IMG/VR virus record: IMGVR_UViG_3300021963_000097 | Location: 1-64,000 of that record | Source: a virus | Direction: 5' to 3' (one strand) | Length of the DNA stretch: 64,000 nt | Shown here: positions 24,951 to 35,878 of the stretch, piece by piece | Layout: every line of letters starts with the position of its first letter | How positions within the stretch are numbered: the stretch's first letter is position 1 | The notes under the pieces: model-generated | Databases searched by the model: none | What the model was told of the DNA's origin: nothing | The model's input: only the letters and a program-made list of their open reading frames with translations | Program-made: the position numbers and the translations under genes

Positions 24951-27900
24951 ATGGCATTCTTTAACGTATACAATCCTGTCGGCGTCTCAGGCTATTCTGG
25001 TTACTCAGGCACCTCCGGGTTTTCCGGTATAGGTACTAGTGGCTATTCTGGTATTTCCGGCTACTCCGGCATATCAGGTGAATCTGGTTATTCAGGTATC
25101 AGCGGGTTCTCCGGCATATCTGGCTTCTCCGGCATATCGGGCACCTCAGGTTGGTCTGGTTATTCTGGCTACTCAGGCATCTCGGGATTTAGCGGCATAA
25201 GTGGCTGGTCTGGTTATTCAGGTATTTCTGGAGAGTCAGGCTTTAGTGGTATCTCCGGCTTCAGTGGTATTTCAGGTTATTCTGGTTATAGTGGTATATC
25301 AGGCTTCAGCGGCATTTCCGGCTGGTCTGGTTATTCTGGCTATTCAGGCATTTCAGGTTATAGTGGCATAAGTGGCTGGTCTGGTTATTCTGGTATATCT
25401 GGGGAATCAGGCTTCAGTGGTATATCCGGCTGGTCCGGTTATTCTGGCATCTCAGGTTGGTCTGGTTATTCAGGCTACTCGGGTATATCCGGCTTTAGTG
25501 GTATTTCTGGCTATTCAGGCATCTCAGGCTTTAGCGGCATATCCGGCTGGTCTGGTTATTCTGGTATATCTGGCGAATCTGGCTTTAGCGGTATAAGCGG
25601 TTTTAGCGGCATAAGCGGTTGGTCAGGCTATAGTGGTATATCTGGCTTTAGCGGTATATCAGGCTATTCTGGTATCTCTGGTGAATCTGGCTTTAGCGGT
25701 ATATCTGGCTATTCAGGCATTTCTGGTTGGTCAGCATATTCAGGTTACTCTGGTATATCAGGCTATTCAGGCTATTCAGGCATTTCAGGCTTTAGCGGCA
25801 TATCTGGCTTCAGCGGCATATCTGGCTTTAGTGGTATAAGCGGTTGGTCCGGGTATTCAGGCATATCTGGCGAATCTGGATTTAGCGGCATATCAGGCTT
25901 TAGCGGAATTAGCGGATGGTCTGGTTATTCAGGCTATTCTGGTATATCGGGTTACTCTGGTATATCTGGTTTTAGTGGTATATCTGGCGAATCTGGCTTC
26001 AGTGGTATCTCTGGCTTTAGTGGTATAAGCGGTTGGTCCGGGTATTCAGGCATTTCTGGCTTTAGCGGCATAAGCGGCTGGTCCGGTTATTCTGGTATAA
26101 GTGGCTATAGTGGTATATCTGGTTACTCAGGCATTTCTGGCTTTAGCGGTATATCTGGTTACTCAGGCATTTCTGGCTTTAGCGGTTCTGGCGTCTCAGG
26201 GTGGTCTGGTTATTCCGGCGCACCTGCAGTAGGGGTAACCTACTATTATTCTAATAGCGCTTCTGATATCGGTGGGTATGAATTAATGGATGTTGCTCCT
26301 GATAATGATCCAGAAGCATATTATACAGTAACTGTAAATCAAGCCGGTGGTAGAGTAATGTTTGTTGAACAAATTACTGAAATAGGCGAACCAGGAGCTA
26401 CTGTAATACCAGTCGGTACTTGGCAGTGGAATACCTATTTCACTAACACCGACACTACTAATGGCACATCATTAGTGTTTGGTATTTTCACTCGCGCATC
26501 TAACGGTACTGAAACTTTACTCTTTTCAGCAACAAGCGCGCCATTAACTCAAACAGCAAGCCCAATACTCCAGACTACCCAGTTTACAATCGCTACCCCG
26601 ATCAATACTGAAGTAACTGATCGTTTAGTTGCAAGAGTTTATGCTCAAACCACTAACGCATCAAATGTAACTGCTGAATTATATTATGAGGGCTCGGCGC
26701 ATTATTCTAACATCTCAACCGGTATATATCGTGGCGCTGTTGGTACGTCTGGTACTTCAGGTTATTCAGGTAAATCTGGTTATTCAGGCATATCTGGTTA
26801 TTCAGGCATATCTGGTTATTCAGGCTTTAGCGGTATTTCAGGCTTTAGCGGTATATCAGGCTTCAGTGGTATCTCAGGTTGGTCTGGCTATTCAGGTATA
26901 AGCGGCTTCTCCGGCATCTCAGGGTGGTCTGGTTATAGCGGTTACTCTGGTATAAGCGGCTTTAGTGGTATATCTGGCTACTCAGGCATTTCAGGCTTTA
27001 GTGGTATATCTGGCGAGTCTGGCTTTAGCGGTATTAGCGGCTGGTCGGGCTATTCAGGCTACTCTGGTATTTCAGGTTACTCAGGCATTTCAGGCTTCAG
27101 CGGTATCTCTGGTTGGTCTGGTTATTCAGGCTACTCTGGTATATCGGGTTACTCAGGCATATCTGGCGAGTCTGGCTTTTCTGGTATAAGCGGCTTTAGC
27201 GGTATATCTGGCTTTAGCGGTATCTCAGGCTGGTCTGGTTATTCCGGTATATCTGGCTGGTCTGGTTATTCTGGTATAAGCGGCTTTAGCGGCATCAGCG
27301 GTTGGTCTGGTTATTCAGGTTACTCAGGCATTTCTGGTTACTCAGGCATTTCTGGTTACTCTGGTATTTCTGGCGAATCTGGCTTTAGCGGCATATCCGG
27401 CTTCAGCGGCATCTCAGGATGGTCTGGCTATTCCGGCATATCGGGCTTCAGTGGTATATCAGGCTATAGTGGCATTTCAGGCTACTCTGGTATCTCTGGC
27501 GAATCTGGCTTTAGCGGTATATCTGGTTACTCGGGTATTAGCGGATGGTCTGGTTATTCAGGCATCTCAGGCTTTAGCGGTATTAGCGGTTGGTCTGGTT
27601 ATAGCGGGTATTCCGGTATATCAGGCTTCAGTGGTATCTCAGGTTGGTCTGGCTACTCTGGTATCTCAGGCTGGTCTGGCGAGTCAGGCTATAGTGGTAT
27701 TTCAGGCTACTCAGGCATTTCTGGTTACTCTGGTATAAGCGGCTTCAGCGGTATCTCAGGCTGGTCTGGTTATTCAGGCTACTCAGGTATATCTGGCTTT
27801 AGCGGCGACTCAGGTTTATCAGGCTGGAGCGGTACTTCAGGCTACTCAGGTATATCTGGTACCTCAGGCTGGTCTGGTTTTTCAGGCTCTGGCGTATCCG

Positions 27901-29063
27901 GCTACTCTGGCTTTAGTGGCGACCCTGCCACAACCCAAGGCACAATAACTTATGCTAATAGCTTTACAGCAGGTCAAGTAGTTTATAAAACAGCAGGAGG
28001 CTATGCCCTTGCTAAAGCTGACTCAGCGGCAACAGTAAACGCTATCGGCGTTATACAATCTTCGACAGGAAGTACATTTACAATTGTTTATAACGGTTAT
28101 ATTTCAGGTCTATCCAGTTTAACTGATGCTTACGGTTACTATCTATCTGACTCAGTTGCGGGCGCTTTAACAGTTACAGCGCCGACCGCTAGCGGGTCAT
28201 TTATTAAGCCGATATTAATAGCAACCAGTTCAACTACTGGTGTTGTTGTCGAATATCCTCCAGTACAAATTGGTTCTACTAATAATGGTACAAGCGGTTA
28301 TCTTGCATTATGGACCAGTAATAATACTTTAGGTAACAGTGTAATATCAGAAAGTGGTGGTGACGTTACAGTCACAGGTAATATTAATATTACCGGCACA
28401 CTTTCATTAAGTGGTTCGCCATTAGTCGGCGCTTCAGGATACTCAGGGTATTCTGGATTAACCGGTGGTGCTTCTGCTTCAGGTTACTCTGGTATATCTG
28501 GTTATAGTGGCTCCGGAGTGTCAGGCTATTCTGGTACAGGTATTTCTGGTTACTCTGGTATGTCTGGCCAAGGTGTCGTAGCAAGTATTACATATAACAA
28601 TAGCTTTGCTGCTGGAGATATAGTTTATAGAACAGTCGGTGGTTATGCTAAATCCCAAGCCAATTCTGCAGCAAATGCTGAAGTTCACGGCGTGGTACAA
28701 TCTGCCACTGGATCAGACTTCGTAGTAGTATATAGCGGACCTATTACCGGACTAACTGGATTAAATGATAGTGCCGTATACTTCCTCTCTGATACAGTTG
28801 CGGGTTCAGCAGTACAAACTGCTCCAACCGCTCTTGGTACTATTAATAAACCAGTATACGTTGCTACAAGCGCGACGACCGCGATTGTAATAAACATGCG
28901 CGGTATCGAAACCGGTAATCAAATTAGCACCTTCTTAACTGCAGTGCCCGCACTTACTTCTTCAGCGGGTGGTTCAGGTTTTTGGGCAGTAAATGATACT
29001 CACTTCTATGTATATAGTACTGTTAGTAATGTATGGCGTAGAGTTGCTATATCAACGTTTTAA
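24951..29063 (+). CDS. (Ser-Gly-X)n repeat fibre protein, 1370 aa
   Basis: Two ~400-aa SG[I/Y/F/W/E] tracts; C-terminal 'WRRVAISTF'. Confidence 0.8.
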   Translation: MAFFNVYNPVGVSGYSGYSGTSGFSGIGTSGYSGISGYSGISGESGYSGISGFSGISGFSGISGTSGWSGYSGYSGISGFSGISGWSGYSGISGESGFSGISGFSGISGYSGYSGISGFSGISGWSGYSGYSGISGYSGISGWSGYSGISGESGFSGISGWSGYSGISGWSGYSGYSGISGFSGISGYSGISGFSGISGWSGYSGISGESGFSGISGFSGISGWSGYSGISGFSGISGYSGISGESGFSGISGYSGISGWSAYSGYSGISGYSGYSGISGFSGISGFSGISGFSGISGWSGYSGISGESGFSGISGFSGISGWSGYSGYSGISGYSGISGFSGISGESGFSGISGFSGISGWSGYSGISGFSGISGWSGYSGISGYSGISGYSGISGFSGISGYSGISGFSGSGVSGWSGYSGAPAVGVTYYYSNSASDIGGYELMDVAPDNDPEAYYTVTVNQAGGRVMFVEQITEIGEPGATVIPVGTWQWNTYFTNTDTTNGTSLVFGIFTRASNGTETLLFSATSAPLTQTASPILQTTQFTIATPINTEVTDRLVARVYAQTTNASNVTAELYYEGSAHYSNISTGIYRGAVGTSGTSGYSGKSGYSGISGYSGISGYSGFSGISGFSGISGFSGISGWSGYSGISGFSGISGWSGYSGYSGISGFSGISGYSGISGFSGISGESGFSGISGWSGYSGYSGISGYSGISGFSGISGWSGYSGYSGISGYSGISGESGFSGISGFSGISGFSGISGWSGYSGISGWSGYSGISGFSGISGWSGYSGYSGISGYSGISGYSGISGESGFSGISGFSGISGWSGYSGISGFSGISGYSGISGYSGISGESGFSGISGYSGISGWSGYSGISGFSGISGWSGYSGYSGISGFSGISGWSGYSGISGWSGESGYSGISGYSGISGYSGISGFSGISGWSGYSGYSGISGFSGDSGLSGWSGTSGYSGISGTSGWSGFSGSGVSGYSGFSGDPATTQGTITYANSFTAGQVVYKTAGGYALAKADSAATVNAIGVIQSSTGSTFTIVYNGYISGLSSLTDAYGYYLSDSVAGALTVTAPTASGSFIKPILIATSSTTGVVVEYPPVQIGSTNNGTSGYLALWTSNNTLGNSVISESGGDVTVTGNINITGTLSLSGSPLVGASGYSGYSGLTGGASASGYSGISGYSGSGVSGYSGTGISGYSGMSGQGVVASITYNNSFAAGDIVYRTVGGYAKSQANSAANAEVHGVVQSATGSDFVVVYSGPITGLTGLNDSAVYFLSDTVAGSAVQTAPTALGTINKPVYVATSATTAIVINMRGIETGNQISTFLTAVPALTSSAGGSGFWAVNDTHFYVYSTVSNVWRRVAISTF

Positions 29064-29118
29064 TTAATACTATTGGTGGTAACTTCTATATAAGATAGTA
29101 AATATATTTTACTATCTT

Positions 29119-32100
29119 ATGTCTTTCATTTATGCAAACCCGGTAGGGACTTCAGGATTTAGCGGCGTATCTGGCTATTCAGGTATATCAGGCTATAGCG
29201 GCATATCTGGATACTCTGGGCTAGGTGGCTCTAGTGGGTACTCTGGCATAAGTGGTTATAGCGGTGTCAGTGGATTCTCCGGTATATCTGGTTATTCTGG
29301 TATTGGTATATCTGGCTATAGTGGTATTTCTGGCTGGTCGGGTTATAGTGGCTACTCGGGCATATCTGGTTATAGCGGCATATCGGGCTATTCAGGAGTT
29401 AGTAGCTATTCTGGCTACTCCGGTATTTCAGGTTATAGCGGCGTTAGCGGGTGGTCAGGCTATTCTGCCTATTCCGGTATTTCAGGGTATAGCGGTACTT
29501 CAGGTTGGTCCGGTTATTCCGGCATCTCTGGTGAATCTGGCTTTAGCGGCATATCAGGTTGGTCTGGCTATTCAGGCATCTCAGGCTTTAGCGGCATAAG
29601 CGGCTGGTCCGGTTATTCTGGCATATCTGGTTACTCAGGCATATCTGGTTTCAGCGGCATCAGCGGCTGGTCTGGTTACTCAGGCATATCTGGTTATTCA
29701 GGCATCTCTGGGGAGTCTGGCTTTAGCGGCATATCAGGTTGGTCGGGCTATTCAGGCATTTCTGGTTACTCGGGCATTTCAGGCTTTAGCGGTATATCAG
29801 GTTACTCCGGTATTAGCGGGGAAGCGGGCCAAGCAGCAGCTTCAGGATACTCAGGGTATTCTGGACCGACCGGTGGGGCTTCAGCTTCAGGGTATTCAGG
29901 CATTTCAGGTTACTCAGGCATTTCTGCTTATTCAGGCATTTCAGGCTATTCAGGAAGCGGGGTATCAGGTTATAGTGGTATAGGTACAAGCGGTTACTCC
30001 GGCATATCAGGCTACTCAGGTATATCTGGTTACTCAGGCATGAGCGGAGACTCTGGTTACTCAGGCATTTCTGGCTGGTCAGGCTATTCAGGCATATCTG
30101 GCTTCAGCGGTATTTCCGGTTGGTCTGGGTATAGCGGTATCAGCGGGTATTCCGGTCACAGTGGTATAAGCGGGTACTCCGGTATTAGCGGTACAAGTGG
30201 TTACTCAGGTATCTCTGGTTGGTCGGGGTATAGCGGAGACTCTGGTATTTCAGGTTGGTCCGGCACTTCAGGTTGGTCAGGTTACTCAGGCATTTCCGGC
30301 TGGTCCGGCTATTCTGGTTACTCAGGTACCTCAGGTATAAGCGGGTACTCAGGGTATTCAGGTACATCTGGTTATAGTGGTACGAGCGGTTGGTCTGGGT
30401 ATAGTGGTATTAGCGGTTATAGTGGCATCAGTGGGTACTCAGGCATTTCTGGTTTTAGTGGCTCTGGTATTTCTGGTTACAGTGGTATTTCTGGTTACTC
30501 AGGTATCAGCGGCGCAACCGGAGCAGCTGCGCGGGAAACAATTACCTATAATAATTCATTCGCTACCGGAAATATAATTAAAAAGACTTCTGGGGCTTAT
30601 GCTCTAGCTCAAGCCGACTCAGCAGCAAATGCTGAAGTGCTCGGTATTATTCAAACCGCCAATGCTACTACCTTTACCATAATATATTCTGGACCTATTA
30701 CTGGGCTTACCGGCTTAGTCGATAGTAGCGTATATTTCTTATCAGACACGGTAGCAGGTTCTGCCGTATCAGTAGAGCCCACGACTGTCGGTAGTGTGTC
30801 TAAACCCGTAATGATCGCAACCGGCTCAACTACTGCTAATGTAGAGATAATGAGAGGCTTTTTACTCGCTAATTCTATAGTAACAGGCACCGGAACTTCT
30901 GGGTATATAACTAAATTTACTTCTACTACAGCAATAGGTAATAGTATAATTCAGGACAATGGTACTACGGTTTCGATAGGTGGAGCCATGACTGTCAGCA
31001 GCACGCTCGGCGTCACAGGCGTAGCCACATTAGGCAACGGAGCTATTCTAGGAACGCCAGCCAGCGGCACGGTGACGAATCTCACGGGGACGGCATCTAT
31101 AAACATCAACGGGACCGTGGGAGCCACCACCCCTAGCACGATTGCGGCGACGACGATTACATCAAAGATATCTACTGCAACAACCCCAATTACGCTTGGG
31201 GTTATTTCAGATTTTAACACTTACGGAGTTATTTCTTTTAATAATATTTTAACAAATAGTGGCCGCCAAGGGATTGCAGGAGGTGCTGGTGACTTAAATC
31301 TTTATTACTCAGTTGCAACAGGCGGCGAGCATAGATTTGCTGTGGCAGGAGCTGCAGCTGTAGCCACAGTCTCCTCCACTGGCCTCGCGGTCACTGGGAC
31401 TTTGTCGGCCACGGGGCAAATTACCAGCACAACGACTGGGCAATTTTTTCTTAACAACACACCGACCACTCAGGCTAATTATATGCGGCTCACGAATACG
31501 AGCGGCAATATGTATTTTGGTTTGGAAGGTGCAACGCCTATTCTCGGAGGGACGGCATACGACACTATTTTGGTGGGTAAAACAGGACTGTCACTTTCTG
31601 GCAACGATGGTGGTGGCACACAACTCAGAGTTACTTCTGGAGGCGCGGCAATCACAGGGGCTTTGTCGGCCACATCATCAATATCAAATACAACGGCAAG
31701 CGGAACCGCTTCGGTTATCAACATTGCACAGACTGGAATTATTGGTTGGAACATTACAAACGAAGCAACTACTGGACTGCTAAAAATTGGCGTTACATCG
31801 GGCGGGACAATACTCACGATGACCAATGGCACTGGCCTCGCGGTCACTGGGGCTTTGTCGGTCAGCGCACAAACTACTCTTGCAGGAGCCGTTCAAATTA
31901 CCACCACTAGCTTTCCGTCAACTGGGGCGGGAATGGAACTTTCTTACAATGGTAATATTAGTTATGTGCAATCGTTTAACAGAACTGGAAGTGCATATAC
32001 ACCGCTTTATTTAATTGGTAGCAGTGTTCAAATTGCACCAAATGGGTCTTCGGTTGGTCTTTTCTCCTCCACTGGCCTCGCCGTCACAGGGGCTTTGTCT

Positions 32101-32529
32101 TGCACAGGCGCACTCTCCAAAGGTTCTGGCTCGTTTCGCATCGAGCATCCGCTGCCATCTAAATCTGCTACACATCAACTCGTTCACTCCTTCATCGAGG
32201 GGCCAAAGTGCGACCTCATTTATCGCGGCAAAATCAACTTAGTAGACGGCAAAGCTACCGTAAACATCGACACCGATAGCACAATGACGGAAGGCACATT
32301 TGAAGTGCTATGCGCCAACGTGCAATGCTTCACGAGCAACGAGTCTGGCTGGGGTGCAATTCGCGGTAAAGTGGTTGGCAACATCCTTACCATTGAAGCG
32401 CAAGATGCGGCATCCACAGACAACGTAAGCTGGATGGTAATAGGCGAGCGCAAAGACCCGCACATCATGGACACGGATTGGACCGATAGCAATGGTCGTC
32501 CAATCGTTGAGCCACTCAAGCCAGTTTAA
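29119..32529 (+). CDS. (Ser-Gly-X)n fibre protein with receptor-binding-type C-terminus
   Basis: SG tract, GLAVTGALS repeats, C-terminal 'KGSGSFRIEHP..LVHSFIEGP..IYRG'. Confidence 0.8.
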   Translation: MSFIYANPVGTSGFSGVSGYSGISGYSGISGYSGLGGSSGYSGISGYSGVSGFSGISGYSGIGISGYSGISGWSGYSGYSGISGYSGISGYSGVSSYSGYSGISGYSGVSGWSGYSAYSGISGYSGTSGWSGYSGISGESGFSGISGWSGYSGISGFSGISGWSGYSGISGYSGISGFSGISGWSGYSGISGYSGISGESGFSGISGWSGYSGISGYSGISGFSGISGYSGISGEAGQAAASGYSGYSGPTGGASASGYSGISGYSGISAYSGISGYSGSGVSGYSGIGTSGYSGISGYSGISGYSGMSGDSGYSGISGWSGYSGISGFSGISGWSGYSGISGYSGHSGISGYSGISGTSGYSGISGWSGYSGDSGISGWSGTSGWSGYSGISGWSGYSGYSGTSGISGYSGYSGTSGYSGTSGWSGYSGISGYSGISGYSGISGFSGSGISGYSGISGYSGISGATGAAARETITYNNSFATGNIIKKTSGAYALAQADSAANAEVLGIIQTANATTFTIIYSGPITGLTGLVDSSVYFLSDTVAGSAVSVEPTTVGSVSKPVMIATGSTTANVEIMRGFLLANSIVTGTGTSGYITKFTSTTAIGNSIIQDNGTTVSIGGAMTVSSTLGVTGVATLGNGAILGTPASGTVTNLTGTASININGTVGATTPSTIAATTITSKISTATTPITLGVISDFNTYGVISFNNILTNSGRQGIAGGAGDLNLYYSVATGGEHRFAVAGAAAVATVSSTGLAVTGTLSATGQITSTTTGQFFLNNTPTTQANYMRLTNTSGNMYFGLEGATPILGGTAYDTILVGKTGLSLSGNDGGGTQLRVTSGGAAITGALSATSSISNTTASGTASVINIAQTGIIGWNITNEATTGLLKIGVTSGGTILTMTNGTGLAVTGALSVSAQTTLAGAVQITTTSFPSTGAGMELSYNGNISYVQSFNRTGSAYTPLYLIGSSVQIAPNGSSVGLFSSTGLAVTGALSCTGALSKGSGSFRIEHPLPSKSATHQLVHSFIEGPKCDLIYRGKINLVDGKATVNIDTDSTMTEGTFEVLCANVQCFTSNESGWGAIRGKVVGNILTIEAQDAASTDNVSWMVIGERKDPHIMDTDWTDSNGRPIVEPLKPV

Positions 32530-32599
32530 CCCGCCCTAGAAGCCAAATAAAACAAACCCTTTACCTTGAATTAAAGGAAATGTGTTATAAAATATAGAT

Positions 32600-33010
32600 A
32601 TGGAACTTACTCTCGATCAGGTCATCACTCTTTTTAATCGGTTCAAAGGTTTAAACGGCTACGAACAGGTTATTGAGAATAACGGTACGAAGTCTGCTAT
32701 CTTTACTCCTTATCAATTCGATGGATCAACGTGCTGGAATATTGCTAAGAATCTTAACGTTTTACGTAAGCATGTAACTGATTATGAAGATGCTAAGAAG
32801 ATGTTAGCAACGTCTCTTTCAATCGTAGAACAGGTAGATAAAAACGATCCTGTTAAGCTTGCTGAATTCACTACAGAAGTGTATAAGTTATTGGCTACTA
32901 AGGTAGAAGTAAAGGGAGTCTTAAAGCTTAAGATATCTGGATTGTTCTTAGATAAGAACCCTATTCAGCCCGGCACTCTTGCTGATTTAGCTGAGCATAT
33001 AGAAGAGTAA
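32600..33010 (+). CDS. hypothetical protein, possible fibre chaperone
   Basis: Position between fibre genes; TTGAAT-N16-TAAAAT-6nt-ATG. Confidence 0.6.
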   Translation: MELTLDQVITLFNRFKGLNGYEQVIENNGTKSAIFTPYQFDGSTCWNIAKNLNVLRKHVTDYEDAKKMLATSLSIVEQVDKNDPVKLAEFTTEVYKLLATKVEVKGVLKLKISGLFLDKNPIQPGTLADLAEHIEE

Positions 33011-33071
33011 AGCCTCTTATATATATTTTAATCTCATGGATTATTTATGCCGCACGGCATAAATAATTACA

Positions 33072-34451
33072 ATGGGACTCTCCACATTTACAGCAAATTC
33101 TGGTTACTCAGGCTTCTCAGGTTATGGCGGTGCTAGCTCATCCGGCTATTCCGGTATATCAGGTTATATAGGAACGTCGGGCTACTCAAGCACTTCAGGC
33201 TATTCCGGCTACTCAGGTATAAGCGGGTTTTCCGGTATCTCAGGCTATTCTGGTATTAGTGGTTTTTCTGGCATCTCAGGCTTTTCTGGCATCTCTGGTT
33301 TTTCAGGTGTCTCTGGTTATTCTGGCATTTCAGGCTATTCCGGTTTTAGTGGCGAGTCTGGTTACTCTGGCGCATCAGGCTACTCGGGTATATCAGGCTA
33401 TTCCGGCATATCAGGTTTTTCAGGGGATGTGGGTATTTCTGGTTACTCGGGTATCTCAGGCTATTCTGGTACCTTAGGTACTTCCGGTATATCAGGCTTT
33501 TCGGGTTATGTAGGTATTTCGGGTTACTCGGGTATTTCGGGTTACTCTGGTATCTCAGGCTACTCAGGTATTTCAAACACTTCAGGTTATTCTGGCGCCA
33601 CCGCCGCAGCCGGTCCTCAAGGCGCTACTGGACCTACAGGTAATCAAGGCCCTCAAGGCGGTACAGGCCCACAAGGTCTAACTGGATTTATCGGGCCCTC
33701 GCCTACAGGCCCTCGAGGTCCTCAAGGCAATACCGGGCCTAATAGTCCCCCGGGACCTCTTGGTGCTCAGGGCAATACTGGTCCTACCGGCCCACAGGGT
33801 GGTACGGGCCCTCAAGGCTTTACTGGTCCTGTAGGTCCGTCTATAGCAGGTAATCAAGGACCTCAAGGACCTCAAGGCGCTAAAGGTAATACCGGACCAG
33901 CACAACCCGCTCCCGGTCCTGCTGGCCCTCAAGGCCCAGCCGGTCCTCAAGGCGCTACAGGGCCTCAAGGCGGGCCAGGACCTGGTGGCGCTGCAGGCGG
34001 GCCTGGGGGTCCTGGCCCAGCCGGCCCCGCCGGTAATCAAGGTCCAGCTGGTAATCAAGGCCCTACTGGTAATACCGGCCCTCAAGGCCCTCAAGGCCCT
34101 CAAGGGCCGGCGTCGCTCAGCTGCACGGCGAGTGATGAAAGACTTAAAGATAATGTTACAGCCATTACAGGCAGCCTACAAAAATTAAGAGATATTAATT
34201 ATTATACTTTTAAATTTAAAGATATGGAAGTTTTACCCCCTAATATCCGCGGGTCTGTCAAGTCAGGGGTTACAGCTCAAGAAATTATACCTATATATAA
34301 TAGCGCTGTTGTAAACTCATCACTACCAGTGGACGGTTCTAGCGAAAACTATTTACAGGTTAATTATATTAAGTTTGTTCCGTTAATGTTAAATGCATTA
34401 AGAGAGTTAAATAATAAAGTTAAAATATTAAGCTCAACATTAAACGAATAA
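33072..34451 (+). CDS. SG-repeat + collagen-like fibre with peptidase S74 intramolecular chaperone
   Basis: (GXY)n about 33612-34110; 'SDERLK...G..AQE...VNY'. Confidence 0.85.
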   Translation: MGLSTFTANSGYSGFSGYGGASSSGYSGISGYIGTSGYSSTSGYSGYSGISGFSGISGYSGISGFSGISGFSGISGFSGVSGYSGISGYSGFSGESGYSGASGYSGISGYSGISGFSGDVGISGYSGISGYSGTLGTSGISGFSGYVGISGYSGISGYSGISGYSGISNTSGYSGATAAAGPQGATGPTGNQGPQGGTGPQGLTGFIGPSPTGPRGPQGNTGPNSPPGPLGAQGNTGPTGPQGGTGPQGFTGPVGPSIAGNQGPQGPQGAKGNTGPAQPAPGPAGPQGPAGPQGATGPQGGPGPGGAAGGPGGPGPAGPAGNQGPAGNQGPTGNTGPQGPQGPQGPASLSCTASDERLKDNVTAITGSLQKLRDINYYTFKFKDMEVLPPNIRGSVKSGVTAQEIIPIYNSAVVNSSLPVDGSSENYLQVNYIKFVPLMLNALRELNNKVKILSSTLNE

Positions 34452-34462
34452 ATATTTAAAAC

Positions 34463-35872
34463 ATGCCTAGTATCTTTAATGCTCCAACTAATACATCAGG
34501 CTACTCCGGATATTCTGGTACTGTAGGGGGATCAGGCTACTCTGGTTTCTCCGGGGCTTCTGGTTACTCAGGCGTATCAGGTTTTTCAGGATATTCCGGC
34601 TATTCCGGTGTTTCAGGTTATTCCGCCTACTCAGGTATAAGCGGGTTCTCCGGTATATCAGGCTATTCGGGTATATCAGGCTATTCCGGCATTTCTGGTT
34701 ACTCAGGTATAAGCGGGTTCTCCGGTATATCAGGCTATTCTGGTATATCAGGTTATTCCGGCATTTCTGGTTACTCCGGTATTTCAGGCTACTCAGGTAT
34801 ATCTGGTTACTCAGGCACATCAGGCGCATCAGGCTATTCAGGTATATCAGGCTATTCGGGTAATGTTTCTGGTTACTCAGGTATATCAGGATATTCAAGC
34901 GCATTAGGCGCATCAGGCTATTCAGGTATATCAGGGTATTCTAGTGTATCAGGTTACTCAGGTAAATCAGGTTACTCCGGGTATCAAGGGCCTTCACCTG
35001 CAGGTCCAACTGGCCCACAAGGCCCACAAGGTCCTAATAGCGCGCCTGGCCCTCTTGGTGCTCAGGGCAATACTGGTCCTACCGGCCCTCAAGGTGGCAC
35101 AGGCCCTCAAGGCTTTACTGGGCCAGTTGGTCCATCTATAGCAGGTAATCAAGGGCCTCAAGGCCCCCAAGGCAACGCAGGGCCACTCGGTCCTCAAGGC
35201 GCTACTGGACCTACAGGCAACCAAGGACCACAAGGCGGTACAGGACCACAAGGAGCAATCGGCTTTACTGGCAATCAAGGAGATACTGGCGGATCTGGAC
35301 CTGCGGGGCCCCCAGGACCAACCGGTAATGCTGGACCTCCAGGCCCTAGCGGCCCTCGTGGTCCTCAAGGCGGCGCTGGTGGTGCAGGTCCTCGAGGCCC
35401 TCAAGGCCCAGTGGGCGGTCAAGGCCCCGCCGGTAATCAAGGTCCAGTTGGTAATCGAGGCCCTCAAGGCCCACGTGGTCATACAGGCCCTTTCGGCCAA
35501 GTTTACTCGGATGCAAATTTAAAAACCGATATTGAATTAACTTCCTTACATGAAAGTTTTAGTATTGTTAATAGTTTAACAGGGTATAATTTTACCTGGA
35601 ACCCAGAAATGTCTGCAATTTATATGAGTCAAATTGAATCAAAAGGATATGAGGACGTAGGGGTTATTGCTCAAGAATTAAATACTACTTGGAATACTAT
35701 TTCTACTAATATTCCAAACCCTGTCAGTATTAATCCGCAACAAATAGAGAGTTTAAATTTTACTGATCAATTAATGGTTAACTATAGAAGCTTAATACCA
35801 CTAATTACTGCAGCGACTAAACAGCTTAGCAACCAAGTAACCCAATTGAGCGCAAAAATACTTAATCGTTAA
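34463..35872 (+). CDS. SG-repeat + collagen-like fibre with S74 chaperone
   Basis: GPQ/GPT repeats; 'SDANLK..FTW..GVIAQE..VNY'. Confidence 0.85.
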   Translation: MPSIFNAPTNTSGYSGYSGTVGGSGYSGFSGASGYSGVSGFSGYSGYSGVSGYSAYSGISGFSGISGYSGISGYSGISGYSGISGFSGISGYSGISGYSGISGYSGISGYSGISGYSGTSGASGYSGISGYSGNVSGYSGISGYSSALGASGYSGISGYSSVSGYSGKSGYSGYQGPSPAGPTGPQGPQGPNSAPGPLGAQGNTGPTGPQGGTGPQGFTGPVGPSIAGNQGPQGPQGNAGPLGPQGATGPTGNQGPQGGTGPQGAIGFTGNQGDTGGSGPAGPPGPTGNAGPPGPSGPRGPQGGAGGAGPRGPQGPVGGQGPAGNQGPVGNRGPQGPRGHTGPFGQVYSDANLKTDIELTSLHESFSIVNSLTGYNFTWNPEMSAIYMSQIESKGYEDVGVIAQELNTTWNTISTNIPNPVSINPQQIESLNFTDQLMVNYRSLIPLITAATKQLSNQVTQLSAKILNR

Positions 35873-35878
35873 AATATA

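Noticed and set aside
30960-32529. Diversity-generating retroelement target
   Set aside because: No reverse transcriptase in the window and no TR/VR pair differing only at adenines.
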